This document shows, piece by piece, positions 47,375 through 56,116 of a stretch of 64,000 nt of DNA. This DNA is from Shigella phage ESh27. The stretch lies in sequence record ON528737. One strand, 5' to 3'. Numbering within the stretch: the first letter of the stretch is position 1; every line of letters starts with the position of its first letter. The notes beneath the pieces are model-generated. The model ran no database searches. It worked only from the letters and a program-made list of their open reading frames with translations, and had not been told where the DNA came from. A program made the position numbers and the translations under genes.

Positions 47375-48684
47375 CATTTGATGATTTGACTGAAGGCCAG
47401 AAAAACGCCTTCAACGTTGTTATGAAAGCTATTAAAGAAAAGAAACATCACGTAACTATTAATGGACCTGCAGGTACAGGTAAAACAACCCTTACTAGAT
47501 TCATCGTTGAAGCCCTTATTTCTTCTGGAGAATCAGGTATTATTTTAGCAGCACCAACACACGCTGCTAAAAAGGTTCTAAGCAAACTTGCTGGACAAGA
47601 AGCATCGACTATTCATAGCATTCTTAAAATCAACCCAACTACATACGAAGAAAACGTATTATTTGAACAGAAAAAGGTTCCCGACTTAGCCTTGTGTCGT
47701 GTACTGTTATTTGATGAAGCGTCAATGTGCGACCGTTCTCTGTTTAAAATAATGTTAGCTAGTATCCCTAAATGGTGTACAGTAATTGGAATTGGTGACC
47801 GATGTCAGATTCGTCCTGTAGACCCAGGCGAATCAACTGCGTATCTAAGTCCTTTCTTCACTCACAAAGACTTCGTGCAATGCAACCTTACAGAAGTTAA
47901 ACGTAGCAATGCACCAATTATTGATGTTGCGACCGATATTCGTAATGGCAAATGGATTTATGATAAAGTAGTTGACGGGCATGGTGTTCATGGATATACA
48001 GACCTTAAATCGTATATGATGAACTATTTTAATGTCGTTAAAACTCCTGAAGACCTTTTCGAAAATCGAATGATGGCATTCACAAATAAGTCGGTGGACA
48101 AGTTAAATTCAATTATTCGCCGAAAACTTCTTGAAACAGAAAAACCATTTATTAAAGATGAAGTCATTGTTCTACAAGAGCCATTTACTAAGACATATAA
48201 GCTAGATGGTAAAAATATGACCGAAATGCTTTTCAATAACGGGCAATTCGTTCGTATTCGAGATGCTGTAGAAACGTCTACATTCGTTAAAGCACGTGGT
48301 GTTTCTGGCGAATATATGATACGATACTGGAATCTTACAGTAGAAACATATGGGGATGATGAAGAATACGTCCGCGAAGATATAAAGGTTATTTCTTCCG
48401 AAGAAGAGCTTTATAAATTCAATTTGTTTTTGGCTAAGACTGCAGAAACATACAAATTCTGGAATAAAGGTGGTAAAGCTCCGTGGAGTGAATTCTGGGA
48501 TGCTAAACGTATGTTCACTAAGGTGAAGGCACTACCAGTATCAACCTTCCATAAGGCTCAGGGTATGTCTGTTGACACGGCCTTTGTTTATACACCGTGT
48601 ATCCATTATGCCGATTCAGAATTAGCTAAACAGTTATTGTATGTCGGCACAACTCGTGGCCGTTTTGACGTCCATTTTATTTGA
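47371..48684 (+). CDS. dda: Dda DNA helicase (SF1B)
   Basis: 437 aa; Walker A GPAGTGKTT; strong match to remembered T4 Dda. Confidence 0.9.
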   Translation: MTFDDLTEGQKNAFNVVMKAIKEKKHHVTINGPAGTGKTTLTRFIVEALISSGESGIILAAPTHAAKKVLSKLAGQEASTIHSILKINPTTYEENVLFEQKKVPDLALCRVLLFDEASMCDRSLFKIMLASIPKWCTVIGIGDRCQIRPVDPGESTAYLSPFFTHKDFVQCNLTEVKRSNAPIIDVATDIRNGKWIYDKVVDGHGVHGYTDLKSYMMNYFNVVKTPEDLFENRMMAFTNKSVDKLNSIIRRKLLETEKPFIKDEVIVLQEPFTKTYKLDGKNMTEMLFNNGQFVRIRDAVETSTFVKARGVSGEYMIRYWNLTVETYGDDEEYVREDIKVISSEEELYKFNLFLAKTAETYKFWNKGGKAPWSEFWDAKRMFTKVKALPVSTFHKAQGMSVDTAFVYTPCIHYADSELAKQLLYVGTTRGRFDVHFI

Positions 48685-48693
48685 GAGAAAATT

Positions 48694-49371
48694 ATGAGCA
48701 CTGATGTTATTATAGATTTTGAAACATTCGGCAATACATCAAAAGCTGCTGTTATTGACCTTGCGGTTATTGCATATAATTCCGACCCTGAAGTTGTTGA
48801 AACATTTGAAGAACTTGTTCAACGAGGTAAGCGAATTAAATTTAATTTAGCTTCTCAGAAAGGGAAGCGAGTTTTCGCTAAATCCACTATGAAATGGTGG
48901 AAAGAACAATCAGCAGAAGCACGTAAAAACCTGGCTCCGTCTGAAGACGATGTCACTACGCTTGAAGGCATTAAAATCTTTTTAGATTATTGTCGAGCTA
49001 ATAAAGTTGACCAATGGAAATCACAGATGTGGTGCCGTGGTATGAGCTTTGACTTCCCGATATTGGTCGATTTGATTCGTGATCTCTATCGTGATGAAGG
49101 TGTTCTTGAACCAGATATTGATACTGATAAATTAGAACCGGTTAAATTCTGGGCTCAACGCGATATTCGTACGGCAATCGAAGCTTACTCGTTGACACGA
49201 GGATTAAGTATGTGTCCATTACCGATGGGTACGCTAAAAGGATTCGTTGCCCATGATAGTATTCATGATTGTGCTAAAGATATTTTGATGTTAAAATATG
49301 CTCAGCGTTATGCGCTTGGTCTTGAAGATGTCCCTGAGAATCCTGACCCGTTAAGTGTAAAACAGCGATAA
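48694..49371 (+). CDS. dexA: exonuclease A (DEDD 3'-5' exonuclease)
   Basis: 225 aa; N-terminal IIDFETFG exo motif; position after dda as in T4. Confidence 0.8.
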   Translation: MSTDVIIDFETFGNTSKAAVIDLAVIAYNSDPEVVETFEELVQRGKRIKFNLASQKGKRVFAKSTMKWWKEQSAEARKNLAPSEDDVTTLEGIKIFLDYCRANKVDQWKSQMWCRGMSFDFPILVDLIRDLYRDEGVLEPDIDTDKLEPVKFWAQRDIRTAIEAYSLTRGLSMCPLPMGTLKGFVAHDSIHDCAKDILMLKYAQRYALGLEDVPENPDPLSVKQR

Positions 49372-49376
49372 AATCA

Positions 49377-49406
49377 GTTTACAACCAAGGATGGTTGGAG
49401 TATAAT
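49377..49406 (+). promoter_or_regulatory. early-type promoter within stem-loop
   Basis: GTTTAC-N18-TATAAT; same 25-mer core as 7285 and 8305. Confidence 0.5.
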
Positions 49407-49437
49407 CTTTCTATCTTAACCAAACAGGAAAAACATT

Positions 49438-49932
49438 ATGAATATCAATACTACGGCTACTTACATCCTGAAAGACGAAAAACAAATTAACTGGTATGGT
49501 GCTTCAGTGCGAGCTTACGAAAAGTTTTGTGAAATTTTAGGCACCACTCAAGGTAATAGTTTCACTATTGTTAACTTCATCAAACAAGCTGAAGGCCCTT
49601 GGTTATTCTTAGAAATTAAAAATTCATATGGTACAATTTCCACTACCGCCCTTCCAAGCACAGACTTTGAACTGTTGATTGAAGAAGTAGAACCCGTTAA
49701 AGACATCTGTATTGATATGGATATCGCTTGTATGTACGGTACTCTGATTAAGCCTATTGAGCCTACTGATTTGCTGTGTAAATATGTTTCAATTCGACGC
49801 CCGTTCGCAGGTCCAGTAAATGGATGGGTAACTGACCAGTGGATTGAAGACGGTGTTGAACTTCTGAACGTTGTTCATGCAGGTGATTTTAGTGTAGTTC
49901 CACGTAGTGCTGTGGTTAATATCCTTAATTAA
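49438..49932 (+). CDS. hypothetical protein (paralog family, copy 1)
   Basis: 164 aa; C-terminal GWVTDQWIEDGVELLNVVHAGDFSVV shared with the next two genes. Confidence 0.55.
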   Translation: MNINTTATYILKDEKQINWYGASVRAYEKFCEILGTTQGNSFTIVNFIKQAEGPWLFLEIKNSYGTISTTALPSTDFELLIEEVEPVKDICIDMDIACMYGTLIKPIEPTDLLCKYVSIRRPFAGPVNGWVTDQWIEDGVELLNVVHAGDFSVVPRSAVVNILN

Positions 49933-49935
49933 TGT

Positions 49936-49964
49936 TGTACATCCAAGGATGGATGGAGTATAAT
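49936..49964 (+). promoter_or_regulatory. early-type promoter within stem-loop
   Basis: TGTACA-N17-TATAAT; variant of the caaccaagg...tataat core. Confidence 0.5.
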
Positions 49965-49994
49965 GAATTCAATTTAAACAAAGAGAGAGAAATT

Positions 49995-50480
49995 ATGAAT
50001 CTTGGTATTATTGGTGAAATCGTTCGCGTATCTAACAAATCTCGTTCTAAAGCCGCAGGAAAATTGGTCGAAGTTGTAAGTATTCAACTTAAAGAAGGCG
50101 TTAAAGATGAAGATTCTGAGGTAAAAGTTCGTATTATTCCTAGTTTTGGGACACAGGAAACCAAATTTGCTTATGTTCGTGCAAAGTTCTTGGAAACGCC
50201 TGTGAGTAGTGCTTTTGCTTCAAGAGAAAAAGTTGAATCCACAGAGCATAATGCACAGTTCAAATGGGCCTTGTGTAAAGGTGTTGAATTCCAGACCGAT
50301 AAAGAATTTGACTTCATCGATGAATATGGTTATCCAAGCAAAACTGATACTATGTGTGGCTTCATTAGTGACCAATGGGTTGAAGATGGTGAAAAGTTAT
50401 ACAATATCGTATTCTTAGGTGACTTCCGAGTTGTTAAAGAATCTGAAATCACTCGCTATGTGTCTCCTCGTAAAGCTTAA
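49995..50480 (+). CDS. hypothetical protein (paralog family, copy 2)
   Basis: 161 aa; N-terminal SRSKAAGKLVEVVS and C-terminal GFISDQWVEDGEKLYNIVFLGDFRVV. Confidence 0.55.
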   Translation: MNLGIIGEIVRVSNKSRSKAAGKLVEVVSIQLKEGVKDEDSEVKVRIIPSFGTQETKFAYVRAKFLETPVSSAFASREKVESTEHNAQFKWALCKGVEFQTDKEFDFIDEYGYPSKTDTMCGFISDQWVEDGEKLYNIVFLGDFRVVKESEITRYVSPRKA

Positions 50481-50489
50481 GGAATTATT

Positions 50490-50909
50490 ATGAATATTGC
50501 AAATCTCTCTATTGGTGATTATGTACACGTATCAGATGCTTCTCGCTCTAAAGTTGCCGGGAAGTTGGTTGAAGTTCTTTCTGTAAGTTGTGGACTCTTT
50601 AGTCCACATCAAGTTAAAGTTCGTGATGCTGATGGCAACATTGGCTACGTCTCAAGCCAATTCATTGAACCAGAAGAAAAAGCGTTCAAATGGGGACTAT
50701 GCAGATCAGTTTCTGTTGAAAAAGACCACGAATTCACTATTGCTGCGGCAACCGATGGAACGCCATGGAAAACTAAGCAAATCGCCGGATTTATTAGCGA
50801 CCGTTGGGTAGAAGATGGTGTTAAGCTTTATAACATCGTTTTCGCTGGTCAGTTCATGGTAGTTCCTGAATTCCAAATTAAAAAATATAGCCCGGCTGCT
50901 TTCGCATAA
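50490..50909 (+). CDS. hypothetical protein (paralog family, copy 3)
   Basis: 139 aa; SRSKVAGKLVEVLS and GFISDRWVEDGVKLYNIVFAGQFMVV. Confidence 0.55.
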   Translation: MNIANLSIGDYVHVSDASRSKVAGKLVEVLSVSCGLFSPHQVKVRDADGNIGYVSSQFIEPEEKAFKWGLCRSVSVEKDHEFTIAAATDGTPWKTKQIAGFISDRWVEDGVKLYNIVFAGQFMVVPEFQIKKYSPAAFA

Positions 50910-50913
50910 AGTT

Positions 50914-50962
50914 GTTTACTTCTCCTCTGGTTTTGATATTATAACCATATCAACCAGAGGAG
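50914..50962 (+). promoter_or_regulatory. early-type promoter within stem-loop (PeSL-like)
   Basis: GTTTAC-N17-TATTAT inside an 11-bp inverted repeat ctcctctggtt/aaccagaggag; distal arm supplies the SD. Confidence 0.5.
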
Positions 50963-50968
50963 AATAAT

Positions 50969-51217
50969 ATGTTAGTTTACCGCGTAGAACGTAGTTTTTG
51001 TACTCAACGTGAATCATTACCAGGAATTGCTATTGAAGACGGTAAAGCCGTCAGAATTTGGGAAACCTCTTGGAATAAAGAACCTCGTTCGCCATACGGT
51101 TGGTCGGGCACCGACAACTCTGAAGAAACATGGGAGTTCCTTGATAAACATGGAATACTCTCAGGTAATTTCTACCATCACGGCGACAACTATAATGTCC
51201 CTAATCGTCGAAGATAA
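50969..51217 (+). CDS. hypothetical protein
   Basis: 82 aa; GAGGAG SD. Confidence 0.5.
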   Translation: MLVYRVERSFCTQRESLPGIAIEDGKAVRIWETSWNKEPRSPYGWSGTDNSEETWEFLDKHGILSGNFYHHGDNYNVPNRRR

Positions 51218-51482
51218 ACTCCTTGAACAAAATATCTTAAGATACTATAGAATTGAGCACACATTTGAATTGAGTGAAGATTGGGCTCAAGGGTTCTATT
51301 TTGGATTTGAAAGTGTTGACGCGGTTTATGCATGGTTTGATGACCAGGTAGATGTTGAACTCTTGAAAGCTAAAGGATACTACATCGCGGTCTATGAAGC
51401 ACCTGATTTCATCCTCGGAAGTTGTCAATTAGTGTTCAGACGTTCATTGGCAGAACAAGTTGATTTTATTTTGCTAAAATGA
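51195..51482 (+). CDS. hypothetical protein (overlaps upstream gene, no SD)
   Basis: 95 aa from first in-frame ATG; 23-nt overlap with 50969..51217. Confidence 0.35.
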   Translation: MSLIVEDKLLEQNILRYYRIEHTFELSEDWAQGFYFGFESVDAVYAWFDDQVDVELLKAKGYYIAVYEAPDFILGSCQLVFRRSLAEQVDFILLK

Positions 51483-51511
51483 TGTACAACAACTATGGTC
51501 TATGATACTAT
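51483..51511 (+). promoter_or_regulatory. early-type promoter within stem-loop
   Basis: TGTACA-N17-TACTAT; ggtctat/atagacc inverted repeat. Confidence 0.5.
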
Positions 51512-51539
51512 AGACCTATCAAAACAAGAGGAGAATATT

Positions 51540-51767
51540 ATGAAACGTCAAATCATTAAAAACGTAACTACTGATTCAAACATCGATGAGTTTGAAGATG
51601 TTCTGTTTAATCCTGATTTAGTTGTTGTACAGAAAAACTGGACTGAATTTTTATGCTACACTGAAGTGGTTTACGTTTACGAAAAACTCGGTGATGAAAT
51701 GCCTATCTATGGTATCTTCCGTGAAATCACTGAAAATGGTACAACTTATTGGAAGGAAACTTACTAA
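51540..51767 (+). CDS. hypothetical protein
   Basis: 75 aa; AAGAGGAGAA SD. Confidence 0.45.
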   Translation: MKRQIIKNVTTDSNIDEFEDVLFNPDLVVVQKNWTEFLCYTEVVYVYEKLGDEMPIYGIFREITENGTTYWKETY

Positions 51768-52177
51768 TGGCTAATAAATTCCGCGTTAACTCATGGTACC
51801 AATTTAAAGATAAACGTGCCCAAGAAGAGTTTATTAAAAACCACACTGATAATGGGATTTATGCACGACGTCTTGGCATGGAACCATTTAAAGTATTAGA
51901 TGTTGACCATCTTGGACGACCTACTAAAATTGTGACATCTACTGGCATGGTTGGATACGCAACTGGTGGTGATATTCTTGATGAAAACTTTATCTGGCTC
52001 TCTACTAGTGAAGCAGAGTTTTTTGATGAAGTTGGAAATCCATATCAAGCGTCTGAAGAGCAAGACTCTGGAGAACTTGATGAATTGTCCGAATTTCCGG
52101 TGATGACGATTACTATCGAAAATAACGACCAGGCATGGTCTTTGTATCAAATGTTGAAAACACATTTTAAGGAATAA
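51767..52177 (+). CDS. hypothetical protein
   Basis: 136 aa; TAATG overlap. Confidence 0.5.
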   Translation: MANKFRVNSWYQFKDKRAQEEFIKNHTDNGIYARRLGMEPFKVLDVDHLGRPTKIVTSTGMVGYATGGDILDENFIWLSTSEAEFFDEVGNPYQASEEQDSGELDELSEFPVMTITIENNDQAWSLYQMLKTHFKE

Positions 52178-52179
52178 TA

Positions 52180-52359
52180 ATGCCGTTATACGACTATAAA
52201 TGTCAATCTGAAGATTGTGGTCATGAATATGAAAAAATTAAAAGGATTTCTGAACGAGAAAACGATGTTTGCCCTGAATGTCATCGTCTGTCTACTCGTC
52301 GGGTTTCTGCTCCTAAACATGTGAACGGTGGTTTTTACGACTTACTTAAGAAGGGATAA
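52180..52359 (+). CDS. zinc-ribbon protein (FmdB-like)
   Basis: 59 aa; MPLYDYKCQSEDCGHEYE...CPECH; read by eye. Confidence 0.4.
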   Translation: MPLYDYKCQSEDCGHEYEKIKRISERENDVCPECHRLSTRRVSAPKHVNGGFYDLLKKG

Positions 52360-52361
52360 TT

Positions 52362-52787
52362 ATGGCTTTTAAAGGTTTTGAAATTGGCAAGAAATACCGT
52401 ATTATCAAAGGTCAAGAAGATAATTTCTTGAGAATTCTTAATACGACTGGTAAACGTCTTAATACTAATCTGCATACTACTTTATTGTCCAAAGATTTTA
52501 TTGTGGAAGAGATGATTGGTTACGGCGTTTCGGTTATTGCTGTAGAAGCCGTAGGCGATTATGGCCGAACTATTCATAGTATGCAAGGTGATATTCTGCT
52601 TTATGGTGCAGAATTTAAATTCTTTGAAGAAGTTTCGGAACCAGATACAGCTGTCGATTTCAAAAAAGGCTCTATAGAATTTGTTGATGGTTCGGTGATC
52701 GTATCAGGCGATGTGGTCATTACAGTTAAAAGTGAACAAGGGCGTTTGGCTGCAATTGATGCACTTCAGAAAATTAAATTTAAATAA
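52362..52787 (+). CDS. hypothetical protein
   Basis: 141 aa. Confidence 0.5.
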   Translation: MAFKGFEIGKKYRIIKGQEDNFLRILNTTGKRLNTNLHTTLLSKDFIVEEMIGYGVSVIAVEAVGDYGRTIHSMQGDILLYGAEFKFFEEVSEPDTAVDFKKGSIEFVDGSVIVSGDVVITVKSEQGRLAAIDALQKIKFK

Positions 52788-52805
52788 GGGCTTCGGCCCT
52801 TTTTG
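52788..52805 (+). terminator. rho-independent terminator (UUCG loop)
   Basis: gggcttcggccc followed by TTTTT. Confidence 0.6.
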
Positions 52806-52850
52806 CTTTAGATTTCGGATGATAGAATACCTTCATAACGAGGAGACAAC

Positions 52851-54668
52851 ATGATTAAAAATGAAATTAAGGTACTGTCAGATGTAGAACATATTAAGAA
52901 ACGTAGTGGTATGTATATTGGTTCTTCTGCTAAAGAAGCACATGAACGTTTTTTGTTTGGTAAATATCAACAAGTTGAATATGTTCCTGGTCTGGTTAAA
53001 TTAATCGATGAGATTATTGACAACTCGGTTGATGAAGCTATTCGTACATCATTTAAGTTTGCAAATAAAATTGATGTGCAAATTAAAAATAATCAAGTTT
53101 CGGTGGAAGATAACGGACGTGGTATTCCTCAAGGTTTAGTTACCGACCAAACGGGTGAACAAATTCCTGGGCCTGTTGCAGCCTGGACTATTCCAAAAGC
53201 CGGTGGTAACTTTGGTGATGACTCTGAACGTAAGACTGGTGGTATGAACGGCGTCGGGAGTAGTTTAACTAATATCTTCTCTACGTTGTTTACAGGCATA
53301 ACGTCAGATGGCGAAAATGAAATCACTGTTAACTGTTCAAACGGGATGGAAAACAAATCATGGTCTTCTAAGAAATCTAAAGGTAAAGGCACTAAAGTAA
53401 TCTTCACTCCTGATTTCACTTCATTTGAAGAGCATAATTTATCTCAAATTTATTTAGATATTACTTTAGACCGACTTCAAACATTGGCAGTCGTTTATCC
53501 TGATATCAAGTTCACATTTAACGGTAAAAAGGTTGATGGTAATTTTAAACGATTTGCTAAACAATTTGGCGAAGATAATATCATTCAAGAAAATGATAAA
53601 GTCTCTATAGCATTCACAACATCACCAGATGGCTTCCGTCATTTAACTTATGTGAATAACATCCATACTAAAAATGGTGGACATCATGTTGAATGTGTAA
53701 TGGACGATATCTGCGAACATCTTTTGCCAGGTATTAAAAAGAAATATAAGGGTATTGAAGTCACTAAAGCTCGTGTTAAAGAATGCCTCACAATGTTGAT
53801 GTTTATTAGAGACATGAGTAACATGCGTTTTGATTCTCAGACTAAAGAACGTTTAACGTCAACATATGGTGATATTCGTAATCATATCCAATTAGATGCT
53901 AAGAAAATTGCTCAGGCACTTCTTAAAAACGAAGCCTTGATTATGCCTATTGTTGAAGCAGCATTAGCTCGTAAATTGGCAGCAGAAAAGGCTGCAGAAA
54001 CTAAAGCAGCTAAAAAGGCCACTAAAGCTAAGGTTCATAAGCATATTAAAGCTAACCAATGCGGTAAAGATGCAGATACGACATTGTTTTTAACAGAAGG
54101 TGATTCGGCAATTGGATATCTCATTGATGTTCGTGACCGTGAACTACATGGCGGATTCCCATTACGTGGTAAGGTGATGAATAGCTGGGGTATGTCATAT
54201 GCTGATATGATGAAGAACAAAGAGCTCTTTGATATCTGTGCTATCACAGGTCTTATTCTTGGTGAAAAAGCAGAGAATACGAACTATCGTAATATTGCAA
54301 TTATGACCGATGCCGATCATGACGGTCTTGGAAGTATCTATCCGGCTTTGCTTGCTTTCTTTAGTAATTGGCCTGAATTGTTTGAACAAGGACGTATTCG
54401 CTTTGTTAAAACGCCTGTAATTATTGCACAAATTGGCAAAACACAAAAATGGTTTTATACTGTAGCTGAGTATGAAGAAGCTAAAGATACACTGCCTAAG
54501 CATAGTATTCGATACATCAAGGGATTAGGCTCCCTTGAAAAGTCAGAATATCGTGAAATGATTCAGAACCCTGTGTACGACGTAGTTAAACTTCCTGAAA
54601 ATTGGAAAGAACTCTTTGAAATGTTGATGGGTGATGATTCAGAACTTCGTAAAGAATGGATGTCCTAA
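52851..54668 (+). CDS. 39: DNA topoisomerase II large subunit gp39 (GyrB-like ATPase plus TOPRIM; 39 and 60 fused)
   Basis: 605 aa; GHKL ATPase motifs (IDNSVDEA, GRGIP, GGMNGVGSS) and TOPRIM (LTEGDSA, DADHDG) in one ORF. Confidence 0.9.
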   Translation: MIKNEIKVLSDVEHIKKRSGMYIGSSAKEAHERFLFGKYQQVEYVPGLVKLIDEIIDNSVDEAIRTSFKFANKIDVQIKNNQVSVEDNGRGIPQGLVTDQTGEQIPGPVAAWTIPKAGGNFGDDSERKTGGMNGVGSSLTNIFSTLFTGITSDGENEITVNCSNGMENKSWSSKKSKGKGTKVIFTPDFTSFEEHNLSQIYLDITLDRLQTLAVVYPDIKFTFNGKKVDGNFKRFAKQFGEDNIIQENDKVSIAFTTSPDGFRHLTYVNNIHTKNGGHHVECVMDDICEHLLPGIKKKYKGIEVTKARVKECLTMLMFIRDMSNMRFDSQTKERLTSTYGDIRNHIQLDAKKIAQALLKNEALIMPIVEAALARKLAAEKAAETKAAKKATKAKVHKHIKANQCGKDADTTLFLTEGDSAIGYLIDVRDRELHGGFPLRGKVMNSWGMSYADMMKNKELFDICAITGLILGEKAENTNYRNIAIMTDADHDGLGSIYPALLAFFSNWPELFEQGRIRFVKTPVIIAQIGKTQKWFYTVAEYEEAKDTLPKHSIRYIKGLGSLEKSEYREMIQNPVYDVVKLPENWKELFEMLMGDDSELRKEWMS

Positions 54669-54690
54669 GCTCCTTCGGGAGCTTCATTTT
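54669..54690 (+). terminator. rho-independent terminator (UUCG loop)
   Basis: gctccttcgggagc followed by T-rich tract. Confidence 0.55.
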
Positions 54691-54710
54691 AATTTTAATA
54701 AGGCTTAATT

Positions 54711-55811
54711 ATGAAAGTTATGTTTATCCCATCTCGCGCAGTCCCGTTTAACCCAGAACGTGTACAAGGTGGTCTTGAAGCAGTACATTTAAATGTGTTG
54801 AAATATCTTGTGTCCATCGGTGCTGATATTGATTATATCGGCTTTGATAATGACACGTTTGGTGACTGGAAAGTTACACACCATCCTGTTGGTCATCTGA
54901 CTAAATTCAGTCTAGGTATGAGTTATACTATGGCTCGTAAGATTGTTGAACTAGCCGGCATTAATGAGTACGATTTCGTTGTTACAATGGAACCGACCAA
55001 ACTAACCGTTCAGGCAATTAAAGACGCAGGTCTCTCTAAAGTTCATAAGAATTTTATGGCAACACCATTTGAACCGGTATCTCGTGGCATTGTTCAAATT
55101 TGGGACCAGACTATTCAAATTCATAAGAATGGTGGTAAGAGTTATGCTCCTACTAAAGCCTTCCGTGAATTTGAACGCAAATATTGTTATATGACTTCAG
55201 GACTGACTGACAAAATTGATTATGATTATTGGCGAGCAAATCCGTTGTTTGAAGCCGAAGATTATCCGGTTATTTGTTTGACTGAAAAACCGGAAGTTCT
55301 CCCAGCAACTGATTTGATTATTAGTGCTCAACGTTATGACACTAAGATGCGTCGTACTGATGTTGCTCTTGAAGCGATTAAAGCATTAGGCGAAAATGGT
55401 ATTGGTTATTGTCCAAGCAAATGGGCACCACCAGCTAAGTATCCTGTTATTATTGATGCTCCACACAGTGAAATCATGGAACGTCTTAAAACAGCTAAAG
55501 CACTTATTAATACGTGTCCTGACACGGGTACGGTAGAGAATAGTTCTATTGAAGCCATCTCTAAAGGTGTCCCTGTAATTCAGTTAGTTTTTAAGGATTA
55601 TCCGCATGCGACATTCGAATATGACCCAGATACTGTGCGTGTAGAAATTGATTCCTCTACTCCTAAGAAAGAAGTAGTTGCGCTTTACACAAAAGCTGTA
55701 TTAGAATTCACTGACACGTACGAAGCTCGAGTTAAACGTGCTGAAGCAGTATGGAAGAAGTATAACCGAGATGCAGTTGTTGCAATGTGGGATAAAATCT
55801 TCACAGCGTAA
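54711..55811 (+). CDS. GT-B fold glycosyltransferase (candidate DNA glycosyl/arabinosyl-transferase)
   Basis: 366 aa; N-terminal MKVMFIPSRAVPFNPERVQGGLEAVHLNVLKYL and C-terminal ENSSIEAISKGVPVI resemble GT4-type GT-B motifs; sits between gene 39 and rIIA. Confidence 0.65.
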   Translation: MKVMFIPSRAVPFNPERVQGGLEAVHLNVLKYLVSIGADIDYIGFDNDTFGDWKVTHHPVGHLTKFSLGMSYTMARKIVELAGINEYDFVVTMEPTKLTVQAIKDAGLSKVHKNFMATPFEPVSRGIVQIWDQTIQIHKNGGKSYAPTKAFREFERKYCYMTSGLTDKIDYDYWRANPLFEAEDYPVICLTEKPEVLPATDLIISAQRYDTKMRRTDVALEAIKALGENGIGYCPSKWAPPAKYPVIIDAPHSEIMERLKTAKALINTCPDTGTVENSSIEAISKGVPVIQLVFKDYPHATFEYDPDTVRVEIDSSTPKKEVVALYTKAVLEFTDTYEARVKRAEAVWKKYNRDAVVAMWDKIFTA

Positions 55812-55827
55812 ATCCTGAATCGCCTGA

Positions 55828-55878
55828 GGCACTATTACACATAAGATGATAGATTATATGGTCTTTAGTAATAGTGCC
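55828..55878 (+). repeat. inverted repeat (11-bp arms, 29-nt loop)
   Basis: ggcactattac ... gtaatagtgcc, perfect; loop contains gatagattatatgg; lies between the glycosyltransferase and the next ORF. Confidence 0.6.
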
Positions 55879-55903
55879 CTAGGAATCTACTGAAGAGAAT
55901 ATT

Positions 55904-56104
55904 ATGAGAACATATAACGTGGACTTGGAACTTTTTGATAAAGCAGTGCTCCGGGAATTCCGGCTTATCCAAAGATTTTTTGATATCGAGTCAGCAGAGT
56001 TCTTTAAAGAACGCTTTAAAGAAATTCGATATAAAATACAAACCGATACAGCTACTAAAGAAGAACTTCTTGAAGTAGCAGAAATTTTTAAACGTAACTT
56101 GTGA
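55904..56104 (+). CDS. hypothetical protein (rIIA.1 position)
   Basis: 66 aa immediately upstream of rIIA. Confidence 0.45.
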   Translation: MRTYNVDLELFDKAVLREFRLIQRFFDIESAEFFKERFKEIRYKIQTDTATKEELLEVAEIFKRNL

Positions 56105-56116
56105 TGAGAGAAAAAT

